A stretch of DNA of 63,643 nucleotides from Rhynchobatus australiae (GCA_034780895.1 JAUZTB010000087.1:79054174-79117816), one strand, 5' to 3'; positions 13,464-27,900 are shown, numbered from the stretch's first letter. Notes: a model not told the origin generated them from the letters alone. Numbers and translations: made by a program.

Positions 13464-14334
13464 CTAAAGCAAAAGAAAATGCCAGCTGTAACAACCAAGG
13501 AAATTGTTTCTACACAGATGCTATTACTACGAAGAGTCCAAATTTTGGTCTTTCTCAGTTCAAGATAATAATTTTGAAAACCACAAATAAAACCCAAATT
13601 TACTTTGTCAGTGAAAATGAGGTCCTGCTTGCTTTCTTACGTGGGCTTAAAGTAAGAGTGAGGTTAAATTGTATTGCAAAACTACCTAAAGCAGATTAAC
13701 TGTTCAATCTTGTCATGGTTGTTTAAACCGTATTGCTTGCAAATTAGCTTCAGTGCCCATCTCACATATCTGCAATGACCATGCTCCATAGGTAATATAC
13801 AAGCAGTAAATCATAATGTGAGATCCCAAAGGGCCATAAATATAAATCCTTTTTCTTTTCACTGCTTTCATTCAAGTCCATACATACATAACTGTGAATA
13901 CCAACAGATCTTGTTGTGATCGAAGATTTACTCAATAAATGAAGTAACTGCCCTGGGGTTGGCCTTTTGAAACCTCCAAGTTCATAAAATTACTTTTTCC
14001 TGTTTGAAATAGAAGAGAACTTCTGGGGCTTCATCAGTCAGATCCCCACGGCTTGTGAGCTGCACAGTTTTCATTCCATGTTCTCTGTTCAATTTTTCCA
14101 GTTATTAAATAGGAACCTTCATTCTTTCTGAGCCAAGCAGAGGTTGAGCACTGAAATGCCTCCCAATAGATAATCAATTGATGCAATAAACAGTGCTTTA
14201 GGAGACTTTGTGTATCTCATTTGAATGCCAATAAAGGATGAATAATAGAAACTCCTTATGAAAGGAGCACACTGAGGGGTTGAAGGGAGCACAGCATAAA
14301 TCACAACCTGTTACAACAGTGAGTCATCTCAGAG

Positions 14335-15775
14335 TCACAGAGGTGAACATCACAAGAACAGGCATTTTGTCATAACTTATCCATGCTGACTGTGAAGCCT
14401 ATCAACACTAATCCTATGTGACCACATTGGGCCTCTATCTCTCTACTCCTTTCCTATCTAAATATCTATACAAAGGCCTTTTAAACGCCTCTTGCACTTC
14501 CTCTAGCAGCTCGTTCCATACAACCACCACCCTGTGGGTGAAGAACATACGCCACAGGTACCCTTTAAATCTTTCACCTCTGGCCTTAGACCTATGCCTT
14601 CTAGTTATAGATTCCCACACATTAGGAAAAAGACTATCTACCCTACCTATGCTCCCTCAAATTTATAAACCTCAATAAGGTCACACCTAAGCTCTTGTGT
14701 TCCAGCCCATCCAAACTCCCCTTATAGGAGCCTGCTGATCCATACAACGTCCTGGTGAATCTCTTGTGCACTCTAATGTTACCACATCCTTTCTGTAGTG
14801 TGGCTACCAGAACTGTACACAATACTCCAAGTGTGGCCTGACCAATAGATTGTACAGCCGTAAAATGACATCCCAACTCTTTTAACTGAATGTCTCAGGC
14901 TATGAAACCTTTTTCACTCCCCTATCCAATTACGTTACTATTTTCAGGGAACTGTGAACTTGCACCTCAAGGTCCCCCTGGACATTAACACTTCTGAGGT
15001 CCCAGCCATTTACAACGTATGTCCTGTTAGTATTTTCATCCCAAAAAGCATTACCTCACATTCATTTGGGATTAAACTCTATCTACCACAACTGTGTCCA
15101 ACTTTCCAACTGAACAATGTCTCTCTGTATTCTTTCACAACCTTCTTCATTATCTATTACTCCACCAAGTTTGTGTCATCGGCAAACTTACCAAATCAGT
15201 CCACCTACATTCTTATCCAGTACAAGAATATGACAAATGTCCCAGCACCAATCCCTGCGGTACACTACTGGTTATATACTTCCACCCGTTGACCACCATC
15301 CTCTGCCTCATATCACCAAGCCAATTTTGGACCCAGTTTGCCAACATTCCTTGGATGCCACCTGCCCCAACTTTCTGGATGAGCCAACTGAACGGGACTT
15401 CTGACAAAAGCCTTGCTAAAGCCCATTTAAACTAAGTCTACTGCGCTGCCTTCATCTTTGCTACTTCCTCAAGAAACTCGATCAGATTTGTGAAAAGGTA
15501 CACTCCTCTACAAAACCATGTTGACTGCTCCTAATCAGTCCCTGCACTTCCAAATGAATATAAATCTGGTCCATTCGAATTTATCTCAATAATTTCCCGA
15601 CTATTATTGCAAGGCTCGCCGCCTGTCGTTTCCTGGCTTATCCCTACTGCCCTTTCTGAATACGGGAACTACATTTGTTGTCCTCCCATCTTCTGGTACC
15701 TCACCCATGGCTAATGAAGATGCAAAAGTCTCCATTATAGCCCCAGCAATCTCCATTCTTGCTTCCCATATTATC
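14335..15775 (-). mobile_element. Decayed CR1 LINE (about 1.4 kb of ORF2 plus 3' end)
   Basis: Antisense ORF fragments VPEDGRTTNVVPVFRKGSRDKPGN, WVQNWLGDMRQRMVVNG...TSSVPQGLVLG and FFTHRVVVVWNEL. Confidence 0.9.
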
Positions 15776-17534
15776 CTTATTGGGTAAATGAACAACTTAA
15801 CAAAGATACTTGTGTTCAAACTATTTTGCCGAAGTTCATTTTTCAAATTAAAGAGCTCTCAAATGCTTTAGTGTATATTCACCAGGGTATAACGTGAAGC
15901 TATTTACTATTCAATACTGTGCTGAAGTGGTCTATTGGCTTTGCATTAAAATAGAGCAAATGAATTAATACCTATTTTTAAGATTAATGTATAAATCACA
16001 AAATTTATACACTGTATACATTCATCTAATTAGCCCAAAAGCCTTAATGGAAAAATAATTATTTCACATCTTTTGGAAACATGTTAACCCATATAACACA
16101 GGTGCAGGGAATTGTTTAATTGATGCACATGAATCCACAGAATTTATTTTGTACATTCAGGCTATGCTCGATACTGTACCGTCATACTAAACTCCTACAA
16201 TGTAGACCTCTTGAGAGCCAAACAAACAAAGCAACAGTTGCCCACAGCAAGGATTTGTTAGTTATTCTCACAGGGCCAACAGCCACCAATCAAGTCTTTC
16301 CTTCCGAGACCAGACTTGGGTTGAGTAGAATTTACATTCAGAACTCCACTTCCAAGTGAATGCTCACTTTTATTTCAATCACAGGTAAGTCTGTCAATTG
16401 AAACCCTCAGCAGAATTAAATTGTACAGTTTCAGATTGTCTATTAGCATTAAGCAAATCCTGTTAGTGAAGATGTAAAGAGTGATGTTGACAGATGAGTT
16501 AATAAATAGGGAAGCAGAGCACATTACTGGAAATGGCAAATATGACAGGTCTGTCACGGTTCTGACCTTTTATTGCATAAATTTACATCACCCGTGAGTA
16601 AGTTAGAATTTCTGCACTTCCTTTTCTTTACAAGGAGGGTCTGCTTGAGAATCTCTACTCCCCCATAGCTAATTATAATATTTTCATTTTAAGACGGGAC
16701 AAATCCAACATCTACATTCTTCATCAAGCCAATTTATTTCAAGAACCTGTTTAATCCAATTGTCGGTTCACTTTGACTATAAAAAGCCCATGACCTTTAA
16801 TAACCTACATAGTTATTTGTGAGCTTTGTTCTTATTAGTCATAACAGTGTCATTCCCAAAGCAGCTCATCTGGCAAGTTCTCTACCAAGAATTAGAGTGC
16901 AGCAATGTAATTGTTCAGAATACACGCTACGAACACAAAAGATGTATGTATTGTTCATTTCATGTATGGATAAAGTTGCTTCATATTCATTTTAATGGGG
17001 ACAATATCAAGCACTAAAGATGGTTTAATACCTCCCATTATTTCATGAGCCACCCTCTGCCCCTCCACTAAACACGACATGACTTGCACAAAACCTTCTG
17101 AAAATGGATATTATGCATTGTCATCAACATATGACCCCCAAATGCTGCTGTTGGAACAGGTTAGCACATTTGAGCAGGGCTTAATTTTTGGTTACTCAAA
17201 ATAAACCAAAAATTAAACCCATTGCAAAATTGCTGCTAATGGCATACAAAAGCAAAGTGGTAAACACAGCATTAGCACAAAGCACTCAAAGGAGGCAGCT
17301 CCTGAGGGAGAAGTGCTTCTATTCACAAGGTTCACATATATGAGGAACAACACAATTTATCACACCCAACATATGAAAAACATTTCTTTAATTAACACAA
17401 ATAACTTATTCCTGATTAAACTCTTGAATATGAATGAGATTTGCTGCTGTGAAGGAGCAGTTCCTGAAGTCGGCTGCTGATGTCTTTGCAGCTCAGCACC
17501 ATTTTATACACCAATATGCATGGGGATAAATTAC

Positions 17535-17567
17535 CTTCTGGACCATCTCCTTGGTGTGCATGAGAAT
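17535..17567 (-). CDS. POLA1: POLA1 33-bp coding micro-exon: ILMHTKEMVQK
   Basis: Exactly fills the peptide between ...KGRE and [12 protein letters not shown]; TTTCAG acceptor, GTAATT donor. Confidence 0.95.
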
Positions 17568-17649
17568 CTGAAACAAAATAAAAGTTGCAGGTAAACAGCT
17601 GGTGAATATTGGCTAATGAGCTACTTGTATATTCTCAGTACAAACACAA

Positions 17650-18190
17650 TACAAGAACATAAGATACAGATGCAGGAGTAAACCNNNNNNNNNNNNNNNN
17701 NNNNNNNNNNNNNNNNNNNNNNNNNNNNNNNNNNNNNNNNNNNNNNNNNNNNNNNNNNNNNNNNNNNNNNNNNNNNNNNNNNNNCCTTTGAGTCTGTGCA
17801 GTTATTCAATAACTTATATTGCTGATATTATGCCTCATCCACTGGCCTGTACTCACCCCATCACCATATTCTCTAATGCCATTAGCATTGAAAAACCCAT
17901 CTGTCTCAGACTTACTCAATGATGACTTATCCACAACCCTCCAAGGTACAGATTTCCAAAGATTTATAACCCTGAGCACAGACAATTTTTTTTCTTAACT
18001 CAATCCTAATTGGTCAACCTCCTACCTTGAGACTATAGTCCCCAGTCTTTGACTCTCCACACAGAAGAAACAGCCAGATGTTTCCCCTCAGTCTCAATGA
18101 CCTCTCGATTGTCTAACTCCAGTGGGTAAAGGCCAACTTCCTCAATCATTTTTTACCAGCAACCCTCTCATGTCAAGAATCAATGCACAG
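17650..18190 (-). mobile_element. Old CR1 3' fragment spanning a gap
   Basis: aagaacataagatacagatgcaggagta tail; ccacaaccctccaaggtacagatttccaaagatt...ccttgagacta...cccagtctttgactctcc. Confidence 0.55.
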
Positions 18191-18325
18191 TTGAGTGTGA
18201 TACTGGTGACAGCCTTAAGCCATGCTCTTCATTGCCAACTGAAGGGAAGCAACAACCCACAACTGAATACAGTAGAATTTGGAAAAGTTTGATCATGTGT
18301 CCCAAGCTATTGCACTGGTAATTTA

Positions 18326-18587
18326 CACAAGAAGTGCCGGAGGAACTCAGCAGGTCAGGCAGCACCCATGGAGAGAAATAAGCTGTCGATGTTCCGGGTC
18401 GAGACCCTTCATCAGGACTGGAAAGGAAGTGGGCAGAAGCCAGTCTTCCTTTCCAGACTTGAAGAAGGGTCTCGACCCAAAACGTCCACCGTTTGTTTCT
18501 CTCCATGGTTGCTGCTTCACCTGCCGAGTTCCTCCAGCACTATTTTGCGTGTTGCTCCAGATTCCAGCATCTGCAGAATCTCCTGTG
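18326..18587. mobile_element. Short inverted-repeat Penelope-derived element with two opposed hammerhead-like motifs and a perfect 14-bp TSD
   Basis: TSD gcactggtaattta at 18312-18325 and 18588-18601; arms ggaggaactcagcaggtcaggcagca...gggtcgagacccttcatcaggactg and cagacttgaagaagggtctcgaccc...gctgcttcacctgccgagttcctcc. Confidence 0.85.
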
Positions 18588-19277
18588 GCACTGGTAATTT
18601 AAGAGTTTTAACGAAAGCAACATTTCCCAAACCCCAGTGTAATTAAATGAATTTTCACAACATGCTTTATTTAAATTTCTGTGCTGGGCACGTCATAATT
18701 TTCTGCAATGAAAAGAACTGTAATTACATTTGGCAAATCACCTTTGTGAGTGAAAACCAGTGTCACAAATCCCTTCAGTCTCGACAGTGCCACATAGTTA
18801 CAGCTAATTTCTATGCTTAGATTCTAACGCCATCAATAAGTCATCTAATTTTTTAACCGACTTCGTCACTGCAAACTTTACAAAGTAAAGCTGCCAAAGA
18901 GTCTTCAACCAGAAACGGTAACTGTTTCTCTTCCCACACATGCTGCCTGTCCTGTTGGGTGTTTCCTTTCTGTTTTTATTTCAGACTTCCAGCATCTGCA
19001 CCTTTTTTTCTCCCCCTCGAACAAAACTGCAAATACACTGACTGGAGATGGAAACACAGAAAACCTACAGCACAAGTCAAGCCCTTCGGCCCACAAAGTT
19101 GTGCTGAACATGTCTGGCTTAAAAGGTAAATGATTTAATACCATGTAATAAAGAGCAGAAAGATGCCAAATTTAATCTGGTGTACAGTGATATTTGTTAG
19201 AAAAGCCATGCTGCCACAAAAAGGTGGGGTGGGTGGGGGGTGGGGATCGTTCCTAGGGCCAAAAGGTNNNNNNNNNN

Positions 19278-19336
<59 letters not shown>
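19278..19336. repeat. Poly-C run next to an assembly gap
   Basis: Read directly; its length may be unreliable. Confidence 0.8.
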
Positions 19337-19337
<1 letters not shown>

Positions 19338-22300
19338 AGTGCAAAGGGCAAAAAGGTAAAGAGCAAACATGGTTGTACCTCTTGAGCAGTGCTAGAAAGC
19401 ACATATATAAATGTTTGATTCTTAGCCATTTCCAGTGCTTTTACTCTTGTAAAATATTCATGGAACACAGCAAAGGCAAGGAAATGGCAAAATGATGTTA
19501 ATGGAGACAAGGAGATAATAAGACGCAAGAAATTAAAATCACCTTTTGTTCAGGAGTTTTTTTTTATTGAAGCACAGATTTGCATTCACCCAATCACATA
19601 CTCAAGACTTGTCTCATCCTTTCACCTCCTCTTAAATGGTGTCATCAATCTGCGCCTCGACTCATCTTAATTTATAGTTTAGAAGAAAAATCTTGTTCTT
19701 ATAGTCTATTTTTAACCTAAAACCCATGTGGTCCAAGTACAACGTCATGATCAGTGGTGGAGTGTGTGGGAGCACAGGACCTGCCCTACCTTCCTTTCCA
19801 CACAAGGTGCAATGGTCATAATAAGCTTACCCATTTATGGAAGATGTGGGAGAAGGAATGGATAGTACAAACTCTTGTCATAGGAAGTGAGGAACTTTCA
19901 AGAAACAAGTCATATCTTTGAACTTTGATAACAATTACTCAAAATTGTCTCTTTTTTTTCAAATTGTCCTACTTCAAGTCATACCATTACAGCAATTTTT
20001 AAATTGTGTTCATCTCCAAAACATGTTTGTTGATTTGCTCTTCATGGAAAGACTTAAAACCCAGAACCCAAAACCTAACACCCATTGTGGTCTACTCAAA
20101 TAGTCACTTTTTTTTATTATACTAGGAGCACTTTAAACCCGCAGAAATAGGCAAGAAAAAGGACCAGAAATGAGCATTTCTTTTGTGTCAGTCTGAACAA
20201 TTAAATTTCCCTTAAAAATTCCCATAAAAGACAACCAATGACATGTTGAAGTTACTTAAGCTTAAACAAGCTGCTAGCCCAATGAAAGGCACAAACACAA
20301 NNNNNNNNNNNNNNNNNNNNNNNNNNNNNNNNNNNNNNNNNNNNNNNNNNNNNNNNNNNNNNNNNNNNNNNNNNNNNNNNNNNNNNNNNNNNNNNNNNNN
20401 GACATGGATTCCAGATTCAGGCAGTACCCAGAACTGGAACCGAGTCAGAAATTTTTGATTAAAGCCACACTATGGAAATGCAACAAACAAGTGGAGGGAG
20501 ACATTGTGCAAAGTATAAAGCTGTTTTAATCTGGCTCCCTGCCTCACGTCACTTTCATACTGTTCACGTAGGAAGCATTGTTCAGAGTAAAACTGATGTT
20601 GCAACACTGCTGTTCCCCACGGGGTTTTGCTCTTCTTGCTGCAGCACAGTCCCAACTGCACAAATTCAGTATTGCCTTTCACCTGGATATTCAACCTGGT
20701 GGCCGAATTACCCCAGCTCTGTGTCCTGTGAGAAGCCTGGCTGATGTCCCTCCTCCTCCACTTGCACCCTTAACTCCTCCAAACAGAAACCAGGGCATTC
20801 ATTCCAACTGCAATGGACTTTCTTCACAATTGCTTTCACAGCATAGGCCCAGAGCTAAGTGGGATATCCCTGGTCCAGTTATGGCACTGTGCCAGACAAC
20901 CTAAGAAGGGGAGCAGGAGGGAGTGGTAAATGGTGGTAAGAGGCAAGTTGGTCAGTGATTAGGCTGTTGAAGTTAAATTGCCAAGCAGAATAATAGGCAG
21001 GAGCAATTACATTTAATGGGATAGTTAGATGTAACTGAGATTTTTTTTATTACTTCAATATAAGACTGTGGTCAGTAAAAATTAAACATCACAGACTGGG
21101 CAAGAATCTTTTAAATTAAAACTGAACCATGAGCTCATTTAAAACAAATCAGATGCATACACCAACATCAGAATAACTCGGTGATATGAAAACAGGTGCA
21201 TTCACGACCAGCATGACTAAAATATCCAGCTACATCAGCACTCGTTATTAATGAGCAGCCCCTATTTTGCAATCATGCTGCACACACATGCACCCAATGG
21301 GGAGAGTTGGCTCAATGCTGGTTTTATTTACAGAAGAATGCAATGGCTGGAGCACTGCATGAGCTGCAATGGCAAGACAACACACTGGACCGAGCGAAGC
21401 AAGGCTCTCACGTTGGCTGGGAAGAATGGGAGCCTGTAGCCTGTGGTCACACATATGGAGAGGAATCTATACCTTAACAACAATGTACTACAGTCAAGGA
21501 AATAACCTACTGCACAAATAATCCATATACAAACTTGAAACATCGTTTGGTTCCTATTTAAAAGAGAAACTGAGCCACACAACGATTGGATTTCAAATAC
21601 TCCCCAGTTGCAGGCATATAAAATATCACCAGTGCTCAGGAAATAATGGGCAGCCCATTAACATAGTGACAGACAGATCTCTTTAAAGTGTCAAAAGTGA
21701 ATAAATATAAAAGCAATTCTAATTTAATTCTCATTAATTGAAGAGCCCATGGTGCTAAGATTAAACAACACCTGCATATTTCTTTATCAACTTTTAACCC
21801 TTTGTGCAGTTTAGCATTACTATTTCCCAATCCCAAGGCAAATTAGTTCAAGAATTTAAAAAAAAATTCTAGATTTGTGAAGTACTACTGCATTGGAAAC
21901 AATATTTCACTCTCATGTCAAACACATCAGTGAAGGGTTTAATAGGCAAATCTATGCTGTAATTCAACACTTATTACAAAATGCCAAAGTCATTTCCCTT
22001 CAGACTAATTGGCTGAGATGTAAGCATTATTGGACTACAACTGCTTAAAAGCAATAATGAACTCCTCAATCCAAGTGTTGGCTGATTAGAAAAGCCATAA
22101 ATTAAGAACCTTTTCTAAATAGATAATGCGGTTCGAGTGGAACTTGGGGAATTCCCAATATTTTTCCATTTCAAGTTTAAAACTGGTGTTTTATTTAACA
22201 GCAATTACTTTGTTAGCAACGATTTCCTTATTTTTCTCTGAGCTCCAAGACACATTCCATACACACTGAGAATAATTCACCCTCATTGGCTGCAATCAAA

Positions 22301-24714
22301 ACATTTAGATCAATTGATGAATAAAAACCCAAAACTTAAAAAAAACCCAACAGACCATCTCCATCACCTTTTCCAAAACACTTAATGCCTTAGGCAGCAC
22401 GCTGAACATATTCTAATATAGTCACGTGGTTAAACTGTTAGATGTTTAATGTCCATTCAATGAGCTTGCTGAGCCAATAAGTGTAGGTGAGCAAGAAAAA
22501 AAAGTCTTCCATCAAAATTAACCATTGTTTCATCTTTTCTTCTTGCACACAGCATCAAGAATGTGGAAATAACATAATCCCTTCATGAAATAAAGAAATA
22601 CTGCAACAACAGGCAATAGAACTAACTTCCAGATCCTAAGGACAAATGATAAGGTACAGTATTAATTTGTAACATTGAATCAGTATGATGCCATAAGGAA
22701 TGGAAGGACACCAATTAGTGCAACCTTTTCTTTATTAACTTCCCTAGTATTGGCAGAAGCTGAAAGACACATACAATGAATGGGACAAAAATCATTACAA
22801 TGTCATCTTGCATTCTTTCCTCTCTCTGAGAAGGAACTGACTATAAAGATCATCAAAAGCACTGTACACATTGGTTAAAACCAGAAAAATTCAAACCCTA
22901 TCAATGTTAACTAAAAACTAAAACAGACCTGAAGATCTTATTAGAAAACTCAATTCACTTTCTACTAAAATTCTGTGTCAATTATAATTTCAATGAAGCA
23001 TTTTAAGAAATTGGCCTTCAAAATTTTGCTATTGTGCATAGGCTACCAGACAACTGACCAAACTCATTTGTTTGTGAATATATAATAGAGTACACATAGT
23101 TTGATATCATTACTCTGGTACAAGGCCTCCCATCCAGAGGGAGCATCATTCCTGTTCCCACTGTGACAAATTGCCAAAGTTTTGGTCGGGCATTTAAAGC
23201 AAGAAATAATCCATGAAATAATAAAATCTTGCTTTTTCTTTGTTCTGACATCTTCCTTACTGAATGCAGAAATTAGATGATGGGACAATTTTAATTCAGT
23301 TATTTTTTTAACTCTGATAAAAGAGGATATTTAGACAATTATGTTGTGGTGGCACATTCAAGTTACTCACTTTGCAGTATTCAAAGTTTTAAACAGAATA
23401 GAAGTCCATACTTGTCACCGGGAGGGTGTTGGATTTCTAAGTTGCTGCTTGGATGAGGAAATAAACATGGATAAAGCTGTAAACAAAATATACTTTATTG
23501 AAAGCAAAACTCTCGAGTAAACTGGTACCTCATGCAACAATATATCATTAAACATTCCATGTGATGCAAATCAGTTTTTATAGCTATCCAACAAATCTAT
23601 GTACAAACTGTTTCCCCTTAAAAAGGAAACAAACACATACAATCAGTGATCGATGTACATGAAACAATACAAATAAGTTAACTTTTCATTAGAATGCAGT
23701 TGTAAATTCAACCAGTTCAACCTCGTGGTCTCTTCATTCAATGAACTTTTCACCGTGAGCTGCACTTAACATCCCAGAAGTCTCATTCCAGGCACTGGTG
23801 ATTCCAGTGGATCACTTCTCCATTTGGTCTCACATCCTGTACTGCAATTGTTGCATCAACATAACTGCCTTCATGATTCAGAATACATTGCATTACATTT
23901 TCTGAATCACCATCTTCTCGATGTCACCAAACTCCCCACATAAAACTCAACACAAATACAAATTTATCTGTAGCTTCTTCAGTTACAATTATGCACAGTA
24001 GCTGTTATGTCACTGGACACCTCAAACTCAATTGCAACAAATACTTTGGTGCTTCTTAAACTTCGTGCTTCTGTTCTCATGCCATCTCACATCCTGAATC
24101 CTGTGGCTCAGTGTATGCTGAAGCTTCTCTCTTTAGTTACTTTTGAAGACAAATTCATTTCTCCTTTAACCTTCTTCTAATGGGTTATCAAGGGCTTCCA
24201 GTCTATCCTTTTGCACCCTGATTATGCTCTGCTGGGCTGGATCTTCACTGGAACTTGCCTCCACATTGCGAAAAGTCCATTCTCAAATTATCCAACTCAA
24301 TCCATGTCTGATTCCATTCATTCATCAGTCCTGTAATAACAAGAATCTTGTAGACACTGAGCTCTCGCCAGAACTGTACAGAGTTTGCCAGACCCACATC
24401 AGGATCACCTGCCTGTGCACCACTTTACTTCACCTTTGGGTGATTCCGTCCTGTGGATGGGACAGCATTACAATGGAAACGTCTGGCACATTGTCTTTAG
24501 CATATGATCTTGTAAGTACGACCACGCCATGTTGTTGCTTAACTAGTTTGTGGGATTTGACACCAGATGTTTGCGAGGAGGGTTTCAGAAGGTTGGCTGA
24601 GCTGAGAATGACTGTCACGGCCAAAATCTGTGCCGAAATCAGTGCATGGAAGTCCACCTTTTCCCATTTCAATGTTGCTGATGGTACAACAGAGGACATT
24701 TAAGAGACTCACAT

Positions 24715-24945
24715 TGGTGAGACCAGAGCAATATACACACCAGGCTTGGTAAGGATGGCAGATTTTCTCTTTGGAAGGGAATTAGTCAGCCAGATGGGCT
24801 TCTGTTCATTACTAGTTGATTTTTCCAATTCAAGATTGTTAACTGAATTTCAATTTGACAACTATCAAAGTGGGATGTGAACTTACAGGATTGTTGGTCC
24901 AGGTCTCTAGATTTTGAGTCCAGTAATTGAACCGTTGCACCTACC
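24715..24945 (-). mobile_element. Old tRNA-derived SINE, same family as 62295-62530
   Basis: gtaaggatggcagattttctc...ccagatggg...tgaatttcaatt...ggtccagg...tccagtaa is the antisense of the 62295 copy. Confidence 0.5.
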
Positions 24946-27900
24946 CTGTACCCATTTGTTTGTACTGCTGCTTACATAAGCAAATAGCCAGAGACAGAGC
25001 TATCAGTAGATCACCACTTCTTAAGGACAACTCTCAACAAAACTATAGTGTTGAGGTGCACCAGTGCATTAAGAGTCACGCCACCTGATACAAACCAGCT
25101 CTTAAAATGTGCCATACAGATTTTGACAACCATTCCTTAAAGGACGTGTTCCTATGAAATATTTTGTTAAACAAAATTCCACAAATTGAAAAGTCTGGCT
25201 GAAATGTTTCATAAGTTATCTCGGTACAGTGTGCTCCCATGGAAGGAGAGTGGTGAGCTCTTTGTTATAATGAACTTTAGGTCTGCAGATCAAAAGACAC
25301 ATACCATAAAGGATCAATGGCAACTTAGCAAAAAGTGGTAAATCAAATGTTTGCATATCAAGGAATATATATATATACACACACACCACACACAGCATAT
25401 ATACAGTATATGACTCCACCCTGTGCTAACTTTGTGGCCAGTTTGCCGAGATCAGAAGGCACACTATTGGACATCTGAGGCCAAACACCTACCCTTGCCT
25501 CCCACCCTACCCTACTCTGACTCNNNNNNNNNNNNGTAGAATATCAAAAAAAGTGTTGTCATGAATCACTGTGCACTGCAATCGAATTGTAAAGGAGCTG
25601 CACGCAGCTCACAAGCTGTTTGTTTGGCCAACCCTGGCTTAAATGGTCGCTAAAATGACAAATTAATCAATGGTTATTAAACTAAAAGTCTTTTGTCATA
25701 TGAGAAGTGGAGGTCAACCTAAAGTGTTAGTAATTGAGGTAAAGAAATAGGTGGTTTATTTTTACACCAACAATGCCCGGCCTGTCCACTTCAAAATGCT
25801 AACACTACTGTGGAAGAGGGAGAGGAAAAATTGATAATCCATCGATTGGTTATCATGTTATCAATTGTCAAAATGCTGGAATTCATCGTTAGGCATTGGC
25901 AGAATTAACTATGCTTTGACAAATCAAATGAGGGCTTTTTTTTTTGTTGTGTAACTATTCAGTTAGATGAGGGGTATCAATGGGTGCACCATAACAGGGT
26001 TTCAAAATAACACTTGATAAGGTACTATTTAAAAGGATGCTACGCAAGTAAGAGTTCATGGGGACGACAATCACAGCAAGTACAGCCAAAACTGAGAAAT
26101 AAGCTTTCAGGGAAATTATTGGCACAAAGCTCATACCTCCTCCAGATATTTATTCCACATTCCTTTTGAGCTTAGTATTCAAGGGGAATGAGAGAATCGT
26201 GAAGGCAAAGCAAGTTTAAGTTCCTCGTCTTCCCTTCCCCACACCCAGCAACACCATTCACCTTCACGGAGATACAGTTGTACTCGAATCACAGACCTTC
26301 AGTTATGAATGCTAGTAAACTACTCATCTAACACCACAAATCAGATCCCATCTTCTTCCAGCTGCTATACCCTCCATGACACAGAGTGGGAAGGAACAAC
26401 TGAGACCACACGGTCCAAAGATCAAACATGGGATCTTACTGAGTAGCTCATATCAGGCAGCTTGGTCACTGAGTGGATTCTTCTGGAACTCCTGTCAAAT
26501 TGTCTTCTAAAAGATGATTATAGCTGAGAATGCTTGCCTTGCTCTTAAACAGGCAAAACAAAATCAATACTGGATCAACTAAAGAAATGTAATTGGCTCC
26601 CATAACAATCCACCTTAAATCAAACACGTTTCTACTGACTATGGTGCTATGCAGCTTCAATGGTCTTGTGAACAACTTCCACATGGCTTGAAATAGTTAA
26701 CAAAATTAAGCCCTGGCTTCAATGCTGCATTGTCAGTTCTTATTTTAGTCCCCTGAGTTGGCTTTCCGGCCACAAGTGTTAAGTGGCAAAAGGATAAACA
26801 CCATTGTATCCCCATTGGCCTCTCTCTTAATTGATGCAGGGCAATTAACTGCTTAGATATGGTTAAGGCTCAGTTGTAGAATTCTTTTAAGTTAAGGCTT
26901 CCCTCTACAAGGACAAGTGTCAGCACCAAACATATCCCAACTGTTGCAGGCAGCTGAATCTGAGCCAAACAGGGGACAGCCACATGTTCAGTAACATTCA
27001 ATAAAAACATGTACACTAACAATATTACATGCAAAAATCACACGTTTTCAACTCCTGCAAATTAATTTTCTAATTTAGCAAATGTCCCAAGCCCTTTATT
27101 CAGGGGAAGGAAGAAAGTAAAATAGCTGGAGAGTAAGTGAGAAAACTCAATGGCTTGCTTATAAGGCTGTTATTTAAAAAAAAACTCATTGGCTGCACAA
27201 TTTGATACAAGGAAAAGAGTGATATTCACTCAGAATCACATCAATAGCAAGGAAAACAATTTAAAAAAAATACAGAGTATCTATCGTAGTTTTGAAAATT
27301 TGGTGGACATTTTCAGAAATTAACATCACTAGCAGCATTTTACACGGTCGCTCACTTTGATTTTGACTTTTTACCTCGGAACAGGATGAGCCACTAGCTC
27401 ATCCCATCTACACAAATTTTGGTTTGTGCAAGATTTTAGACAACATGTAAGCTTTGCATTTTCAAGTACTGACAGTTTTTAAACATTTCACAAATACACA
27501 GTCTCCAATTCAATACAGGTCGAACAGCTTCTGCTTAAACACATCTAGGGGCGAGAGATAGTCAATGGCCAAACAAAAGACAAAATATTACAAATACTAT
27601 AAAATGAAATGCATTGCATTTTCACTTCGTACAATACAGTAGACAACAAACTTAATACAGAGCAGTTAAAAGTCAGACGGCGCGGCACCAAGGAATGACC
27701 TTTAACAAGAGAGATTCTAACAGGTGGCTGTTGTCGAACATAAATAATTGCATTAGCCTTTAATAGTGAAAACCAAAGCAATGAATGCACCATCTTTTCA
27801 TCAGCAAATGCCTAACCCAGCCTGACCATCTACCCCCTCCGGTGGGGGGCTGAAATCCTAACCAGTTTCTCTTCAAAAGATGACAAGGTACTAATAGCCT

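Noticed and set aside
19135-19528. Poly-Pro and poly-Gly ORFs
   Set aside because: They are translations of a poly-C homopolymer beside a gap.
23410-24150. Possible decayed LTR/gypsy remnant
   Set aside because: No second LTR, PBS, PPT or translatable integrase motif could be identified.
24224-24703. 159-aa and 89-aa overlapping ORFs with a faint RTE-like 'SGVK' segment
   Set aside because: No clear RT motifs or splice-consistent structure; too weak to call.
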